Shown here one piece after another: positions 58,401-64,000 of a stretch of 64,000 nt of DNA. The stretch is taken from contig CM075988.1 in NCBI GenBank assembly GCA_038087875.1, positions 15,130,001 to 15,194,000 of the forward strand. The letters run 5' to 3'. Each line of letters starts with the position of its first letter. Position 1 is the stretch's first letter. The translations under genes were made by a program, and so were the position numbers. The notes below the pieces were generated by a model, which saw nothing but the letters and a program-made list of their open reading frames with translations, had not been told where the DNA came from and ran no database searches. Origin of the DNA: Malacoraja senta (Eukaryota).

Positions 58401-61400
58401 ACCCATTAACTTTCACAAATAAATACTGGGCAAATCACAGACAGAAAGCATTTTGATTTGCTGATGTCCCCAACTCTTACCCTCGATGTTTCAATGATAG
58501 CCTTTGGCTCGTTGATAAGCATGAAGCTTTATGAAGCTCACATTACCACAGCATTTCCCTTTGGTTCTGGAACCAATTGTCTAACTCAGTTACCCCGCTC
58601 TCAATGCATACTGTTTCAGGCATGTCCAAATAATCCAGTCATAAAAGAGGTGGAGGTCGGTGGGTAGAGAATGTGATATGAAATAAATTAAGGGAGGCAA
58701 CCTAGCTTGAAATGAGTATGAGGAAATACTGTTCACTGTCTTGGATATAACAAGCCTTGGTTATTTTTCTTTCCAATCCCTTAACCTGTCTGAGTGAATG
58801 TTGATGCCAGTCAATGAAAACCAAGGGCTGATACTAATGCAAAGTCATAGCAAATAGTGGCAATGAATAGGGAAGCAGCAGCTGGACTCATCCGACATCA
58901 GTGCACTATTTGTCCCTTTCATAAAATCCATTTGCAACCAAAAAATATACTTTAAATAATATATGGGATTGATACCTAGAACTTTTCATATATATTGTAC
59001 AAGGGTAAAGAAAGGGATGTACATACTGTGCAAACGTTCAACAAACACAAAATCTACCATGTTTAAAAGGCAAGGATCAATGCCGAGTCTTCCCCACTCA
59101 AACCAACATATCTGTGTGGCATGGTAGGGGTTCATGCATAGAGTCCTCACCTCAAACACTCACCTGCTTATTTTCAGCTTCCTTCACAGCCTGGTTCACA
59201 AAGTTCAGGATCTGACGGCAGCATTCCGCTGCCTGTTTTACCTTTTTCTTCTCTTCGTGCTGTTCTGAATCTAAGAACAAGACCAATTGTCACTTTAAAG
59301 AAAATTGTTTTATCTCTCTCCAGAGAACGTGCAAACTTCACGAAAGCACTTGTAAAATGAAATATTAAGCCTTTATTTTGGCATTATGGTTTATTTATGT
59401 GCAATTATTGGAGGATCTTTTATCAAACACAGAACTAGAAGAGGTTCTTTAGTTTAGAGATACAGCGCGGAAACAGACCCTTCAGCCCACACCGACAAGC
59501 GATGCTCGCACATTAACACTGGCCTACACACACTAGGGACAATTTACACTTATACCAAGCCAACAAACTTACCAACTGGTACGTCTTTGGAATTGGGGAG
59601 GATACCGAAGATCTCGGAAAAAACCCAAGCGGTCACAGGGAGAATGCACAATACTTCGTACAGAGAAGCGCCCGTTAGTAGTGCTTCCCATATATGTCAT
59701 CCTCTAATGCTCACACTATACACTGTGAAGCGCGGGGAACGTGATGAAACACAATTACATAGCTATCGTCCAGAGACCCTCCCACTGCCATCTCATGTGT
59801 TCACATGTGTAACCTGGCAGTTCTATTTTAATTATCCCTTGGGTTCTCTATGCAGCTAACTCTAGACTGGACATACCTGTATTTTTAGCGATGTTCTCCA
59901 GGAGTAGTGGGTATTTGGTCAGGCGCTGCATTTCGGTTGGGATGATGTCTTTAAGTTGCAGCCTCCGGCATTGTGGATTACTCTGCGCCTCCTGCAAAAT
60001 ATCACCTTGTAACTAAGATAATCCTCTTAATGCAGCACATCTGCTTCTCCAACCATGTGAAACATCACCAATGCCTTCTGCACTAGTCTCCAATTCCATC
60101 TACATTTGGAATTGCTTCCCATTTGCTTGACAATTACATTCATGAGCATAAATAACACCCAAAATAGATCTCCCCATCTGTCTGTGCACATTCACTGTGC
60201 AGTTTATGCTCTTGTATAGATCATACTTTCTGTCCAGAAGCATTTGCAAGGAGCTTCAGCAACCATGCATTATGATAACACCTCTCACCCCCAATGGAAT
60301 GACTGCAAGACAGAGGGCAATAAGAGATGTGGAGAAAACAGGTGAAATGAAGAGAGTGGGGAAGATGACGGGACAGCATAGAGCAAGCTGTATACTGCTG
60401 CTAACCCATAGAGTACTTCGTGGCACAGTGGCATTGCAGCTAGTGCTGCTGCCTCATAGCTCAGAGGCTGCGGTTGATTGTGATCTTGGGTGCTGTGTGT
60501 GCTCGCCCTGTGGATATCCAGCTGATATCCAGTTTCCTCTTTCATCTCAAAGTAGTGGTGGTAAATGCACTGGCTTCTATAAATGTTCCATTTATCTATG
60601 TGAAGGGATAAAGAATGAAAGGGGAGTAGATAACAATACAACGGAGAAGAGTTACGGGAATGTAGCAAGATATGGAGACAGTAAATGGACCAGTGGAAGT
60701 ATCTGCTGGGAATTGAGAATCAAGATGAACCTAATGTGCTGATGCCACTTGTTGCACCCAAGTATGTTCCAAGATGTTAGAAGCTTCCTTTAAAATTCAC
60801 CTAACCCAGATGATTCCTGCTCTATGTGCATTTGAAGGGAACATGTAAGGGTACATGTAAGGGATCAGTCTGAAGAAGGGTTTCGGCCCGAAACGTTGCC
60901 TTATTTCCTTCGCTCCATAGATGCTGCCGCATCCGCTGAGTTTCTCCAGCATTTTTGTCTACCTTCGATTTTCTAGCATCTGCAGTTCCTACTTGAACAT
61001 GTAAGGGTACTTTACTTTCAAGGGCAGGAACCATGTTAGGTGCATTTTCTGCACATTAGCACTCATGATGCAACTCATTAACAACTTTCTTGGTTATTCA
61101 TGTACAAGTTTAAAGCATGCAATAGCTTGGAGGCAATTCAAGATTTGGGAGAGTTATCTCACCTGAATGATTGCCTGGAATCTTGAATCTTTCTTCTGCT
61201 TTGACTTGATTAGTTCCAAAGCGAAGGGTTGATTGCTGCAGAAAGTGGCTGCAGCTCGTTTAAACTTCTCCTCTTCAGAACAGCTGAACTGAGAAATTAA
61301 ATAAGAATTATTCAGACAGGAGCACGTGCAAGTAACACACACTACGTCTAGTCACTGGACAGGAGAGAGAATGCTGATCAATGCCATACTGTACAAGAGC

Positions 61401-64000
61401 TTCAAAGAGTATAAAAATAAATCTTCCATACGATAGAAGTGTCAACACATCAATTTCATTGGAATTCTGGTGTTGGTATTAATGTATTATTGTCAAGAGA
61501 TACCATGAAAAACTGTTTCTATGATCTCCTTATTTCTTTTTTTTTTTTTTTACTCTCTTTTTTCTATTTTCTTTTCTTCAACTTTCTTCTTTCATTCTTT
61601 TTTTTCTTCTTCTTTTTCACACACTATATCTCACGTTTTTCTATCCTTTATTATCTAATTTCTTTTTCTTCTTTATTATAATTTAAAAAAATAAGAAGCT
61701 GTACATAAAATGTATTATGCAAATATATATTAGGCACTTTGGTGCCATATGATTGTACTTACTTCTAATAAAATAAAAATATTTAAAAACAGTTTCTATG
61801 CTATACAGTCAAATCATACTACACGCGTACAATCAAGTCATACACAAATATAAGAGGTTTATTCACAAATATAAGAGAAACATCATACACAAATATAAGA
61901 AAAACACACCAGAGTGAAGGTTAGAGTGCTACAGCATCATACCAATACAGCTGCAAAGTACAGACAAAAAAATTGTGTGATCGCCACAATGAGGTAGGTT
62001 GGGAGATTGAGACTACACACTTATCTTTTGAGAGGACCCTTCAATAGTGATGGACTGGATTACATCTAATTCTCTACATCTTGCGGTCTCGGTCAGAGCC
62101 GTCACCAAATTAAGCTGTGACGCATTCCAATAGGATACTTTCTACGGGGTCGTCTGTAGAAGTTGGCAAGAGTTGCTGGCAACATGCCAAACTCTCTTAG
62201 TCGTCTGAGAAGGAAGAGGGGCTGCTTTGCTTTCTTGGCTGTAACTTCAATGTAGTTGGACCAGGACAAATTGTTGGTGACATTTAAACCTAGGAACTTG
62301 ATGGAAATGACAAGGAAGGCACCGAGTGATCATCATGTGCTCAGGCCCTAGTCTTTCCAATACCACTGCAGTCCATTCAGAGCCGGAGATCTTGGTGCAG
62401 AATAATGTAGGAAAAGGAATCAATGTCCAAGGCAGGATGCTGTAATATTTGGCATCCTATAGATTGTAGCTGCTGAAGCTACACTAAATCTGTTGAGTGG
62501 ATGCCAGGTTCAACAGCAAAATTATCTAAATACTTTGCTCTGGATGGTACCTCTGTGCTTGTCTAGGCGAGTGTGTTTCATTGCGGTTCTGATTTAAGCT
62601 GTACCAGCTGCTACTGTGTCACCCTTGAAACCCAAGTTCTTAATATCTTGTCACAGGAAGGTCTTCTTTTTAATCCCAGTTACCTCAATAAATCTAATTT
62701 TAATGAATGTTCATTAATTTCCAGCAGTAATGCTGCAGGATGTTTGCCTGTACTATCAGCCTTTGCACAGGGGAAAGTTCTATTCATCACTATTCATCTA
62801 CAATTTATTCATGGACACTCACCCAGCTCAACAAGTCGTCGCCGATCTGATCAACCACAAAGTTATCATTTCTTTTCCAGACTTTCCTCATCTGCTCATT
62901 TAATGAAACTGGAAATAAAAAGAAAATCTGACTTTAGAATCATTTATTTCATTATCACTCCATATTAAATAGATCCAGGGCTGTAAATCGTGGAATCATA
63001 ATGCAGTCCAACAGAGGGGATTCCATTCAGCCCATTGTTCCAATGTAATCATGCTCTTTGCAAGAGCTACCAACTAGTCTCATTCTTCCTGGCTATTTTC
63101 TTTTCAAATATAATTTATTTTTCAGTTCTTCTTTTAAAAGGCATTATTAAATCAGTCTCCACCAGCATTTCAGGCAGTGCATTTCAGATCATAAATGCTC
63201 TGTATAAAATAAATTATCCTCTTCTCATATTTTGGGGAAATTGCCATAAATCTGTCTCCATTGATTATTGACTTTCCATCTCTTGAGCTTCTCCTTAGTT
63301 TAATAAACCTGTTTAGACCGTTTCAAGGAAAACGTCGCATTAATCTTCTCTGCGATAAGGAGATCAATTCTAGATTTTCCATTATTCACTGCAAAGTTCA
63401 CATCCTTATCTTTGACTATCATCAGCAATAATGCTTTCCATTGCACAACTGGCCCAGAGACGCGTTTCTTTGTCTCAGTTTACTACTGTGCACTCTCCTA
63501 ATATCTGGGCTCCTGCCTAACCAGTTGTAGCTGCAGGGCTTCACACAGCTTAGACTGGACTCTTACTGAAATCCAAAGATGTTTTCATTACCAATAACTA
63601 CAATAGTTGTTGAGAGAACCTGAACAATGGTGGCCTGGTCAACATTCACTTCAACCTTTAATTGTCCCATGATGTGAGAGACATGCTGGGGCAATTTAGA
63701 GGGCATTTAAAAGGTTGGGTCTGGAGATGCATTTGACCAAACTAGATAACAATGGCAGATTTCCTACCGTGCAAGACATTATTAAATCTGGAAGCTTCAG
63801 AACATCATTATTAAGTCTGGCTTTTTAATTTCATATTCGCGTGATTATAACTGTCTTGTTGGGAAAGCCCATCTTAATAGTCCAGAGCTTTGAATAGTCA
63901 TCCGGTAAGTTAAATATCAGAGCCATCTGTACAATCAATCCTCCCCACTTTCACAGCTATGTCAACATTTACCATGAAGCTGCAGGATTTCCTCGAGGTT
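40481..64000 (-). CDS. arhgef12: Rho guanine nucleotide exchange factor 12 (LARG), 3' portion: DH-PH domains and C-terminus, 16 exons; 5' part lies beyond the window
   Basis: Exons with phase-consistent splice sites: 63973-64000 (partial), 62823-62908, 61163-61288, 59877-59991, 59164-59270, 58307-58384, 58097-58172, 55743-55910, 54950-55037, 50983-51063, 47776-47873, 46923-47165, 45963-46418, 45272-45531, 43335-43398, 40481-40491. The motifs AAATFCSNQPFALE, DLYTLLLEDILVL, HTFSPIIKLS and SSTDE fit LARG better than ARHGEF1. Confidence 0.92.
43335..43398 (-). CDS. arhgef12: arhgef12 penultimate exon (ELEQECHSQ...), GC donor
   Basis: ttcag acceptor; CAG|GCAAGT donor. Confidence 0.65.
43495..44274 (-). 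mobile_element. CR1/HER1 LINE 3' fragment with fold-back at its 5' end
   Basis: YRALVRPHLESCVQFWSP...QRRFTR; ctattgt tail. Confidence 0.85.
45272..45531 (-). CDS. arhgef12: arhgef12 exon (GNFITLDE...SSTDE...IHSIESDLKYLK)
   Basis: Resembles the recalled LARG C-terminal motifs. Confidence 0.85.
45963..46418 (-). CDS. arhgef12: arhgef12 exon (HSLKRLL...FYDAPED...)
   Basis: Lies within ORF 45952-46491; AG/GT; phase 1-1. Confidence 0.78.
46923..47165 (-). CDS. arhgef12: arhgef12 exon (...SRAEAALIN)
   Basis: 243-bp open frame, gtaagt donor; joins to LHSLKRLL. Confidence 0.75.
47776..47873 (-). CDS. arhgef12: arhgef12 exon (SEQEDEENL...)
   Basis: Open frame; phase 2 to 1 links the neighbouring exons. 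Confidence 0.7.
48588..48904 (+). mobile_element. tRNA-derived V-SINE (HE1-like), full length; other copies near 10310-10600(+), 26110-26380(-), 35357-35650(-), 53590-53865(+), 59450-59680(-)
   Basis: A-box ggtggcgcag, B-box ggttcgatcc, V-domain ggagtttgtacgttctccccgtg, CR1-like tail gggccgaagggcctgtt, taaaac repeats. Confidence 0.85.
49130..50500. mobile_element. Mosaic of degenerate CR1 fragments in both orientations
   Basis: FSKASDKVP, WQMEFN, YCVQFWSP motifs. Confidence 0.6.
50983..51063 (-). CDS. arhgef12: arhgef12 exon (WQYLITQTSGSIK...)
   Basis: Terminal Trp of the PH domain; phases fit. Confidence 0.85.
51507..51864 (+). mobile_element. Penelope-like element 3' fragment: GIY-YIG endonuclease C-terminus plus pseudo-LTR with hammerhead-like motif
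   Basis: Translates as NSPSHSESDLSVLGLLHCQSEAHRKLEEQHLIFRLGSLHPSGMNID and is followed by the ctgaagaag...gaaacgtc repeat unit. Confidence 0.8.
51894..52115. mobile_element. Related Harbinger-type MITE
   Basis: TIRs AGCCCTGTCCCATGGTACGAG.../...CTCGTACCGTGGGACAGGGCT; shares internal motifs with 28340-28642. Confidence 0.75.
54248..54785 (+). mobile_element. CR1 3' fragment with internal inverted duplication
   Basis: RTRGHSLRIKG, VVNLWN, atgggccgaatggcct tail. Confidence 0.75.
54950..55037 (-). CDS. arhgef12: arhgef12 PH exon (DNKAFFVISMSADGAQIYELVAQTVSERK)
   Basis: 88 bp, AG/GT. Confidence 0.93.
55743..55910 (-). CDS. arhgef12: arhgef12 PH exon (DLYTLLLEDILVL...VREVAT)
   Basis: 168 bp, AG/GT. 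Confidence 0.94.
56938..57210 (-). mobile_element. CR1/HER1 3' end
   Basis: Near-identical to 43495-43770 and 8075-8235. Confidence 0.8.
58097..58172 (-). CDS. arhgef12: arhgef12 PH exon (SLDLTKRIMIHEGPLTWRVNKDKTI)
   Basis: 76 bp, AG/GT. Confidence 0.92.
58307..58384 (-). CDS. arhgef12: arhgef12 exon (RLEDYQRRLDLSGLKQSDYPLIEEFR)
   Basis: 78 bp, AG/GT. Confidence 0.92.
59164..59270 (-). CDS. arhgef12: arhgef12 exon (KVKQAAECCRQILNFVNQAVKEAENKQ)
   Basis: 107 bp, AG/GT. Confidence 0.93.
59877..59991 (-). CDS. arhgef12: arhgef12 DH exon (CRRLQLKDIIPTEMQRLTKYPLLL)
   Basis: DH signature QRLTKYPLLL. Confidence 0.95.
61163..61288 (-). CDS. arhgef12: arhgef12 DH exon (FSCSEEEK...DSRFQAIIQ)
   Basis: 126 bp, AG/GT. 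Confidence 0.93.
61475..62300 (-). mobile_element. Rex1/Babar-type 3' fragment interrupted by a short L1-like tail insertion (61524-61784)
   Basis: KFLGLNVTNNLSW and FLLRRLR on the minus strand; 16-bp direct repeats at 61508-61523 and 61785-61800. Confidence 0.6.
62823..62908 (-). CDS. arhgef12: arhgef12 DH exon (SLNEQMRKVWKRNDNFVVDQIGDDLLSW)
   Basis: ccag acceptor, gtgagt donor; preceded by the partial exon NLEEILQLH at 63973-64000. Confidence 0.9.

Noticed and set aside
60197..60742. 181-aa ORF antisense to an arhgef12 intron
   Set aside because: It spans a degenerate V-SINE and shows no coding features.

Overview
Vertebrate genomic DNA, most likely a cartilaginous fish such as a skate or ray (inferred from HE1-type V-SINEs and HER1/CR1 LINE tails; not proven). 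It holds two convergent genes. Alpha-tectorin (tecta, + strand, CDS 5803-37556): 22 of the 23 expected coding exons are mapped and exon 9 is missing at a 200-N gap. The 3' part of ARHGEF12/LARG (- strand, 16 exons, 64000 down to 40481) includes a GC-AG final intron. tecta exons 7-16 carry about 20 single-base indels clustered around the gap, which look like consensus errors rather than pseudogenisation. Introns contain CR1, L1/Tx1 and Rex1-type LINE fragments, V-SINEs, a Tc1 relic and Harbinger-type MITEs. The most interesting non-coding signal is a very abundant short repeat. It is tied to a Penelope-like GIY-YIG fragment, carries a minimal hammerhead-ribozyme core (CUGAAGA-stem II-GAAACGUH, with one compensatory stem change), and often inserts as an inverted pair bounded by 10-16 bp target-site duplications. 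Homology calls rest on my recollection of the human orthologues, not on database searches.
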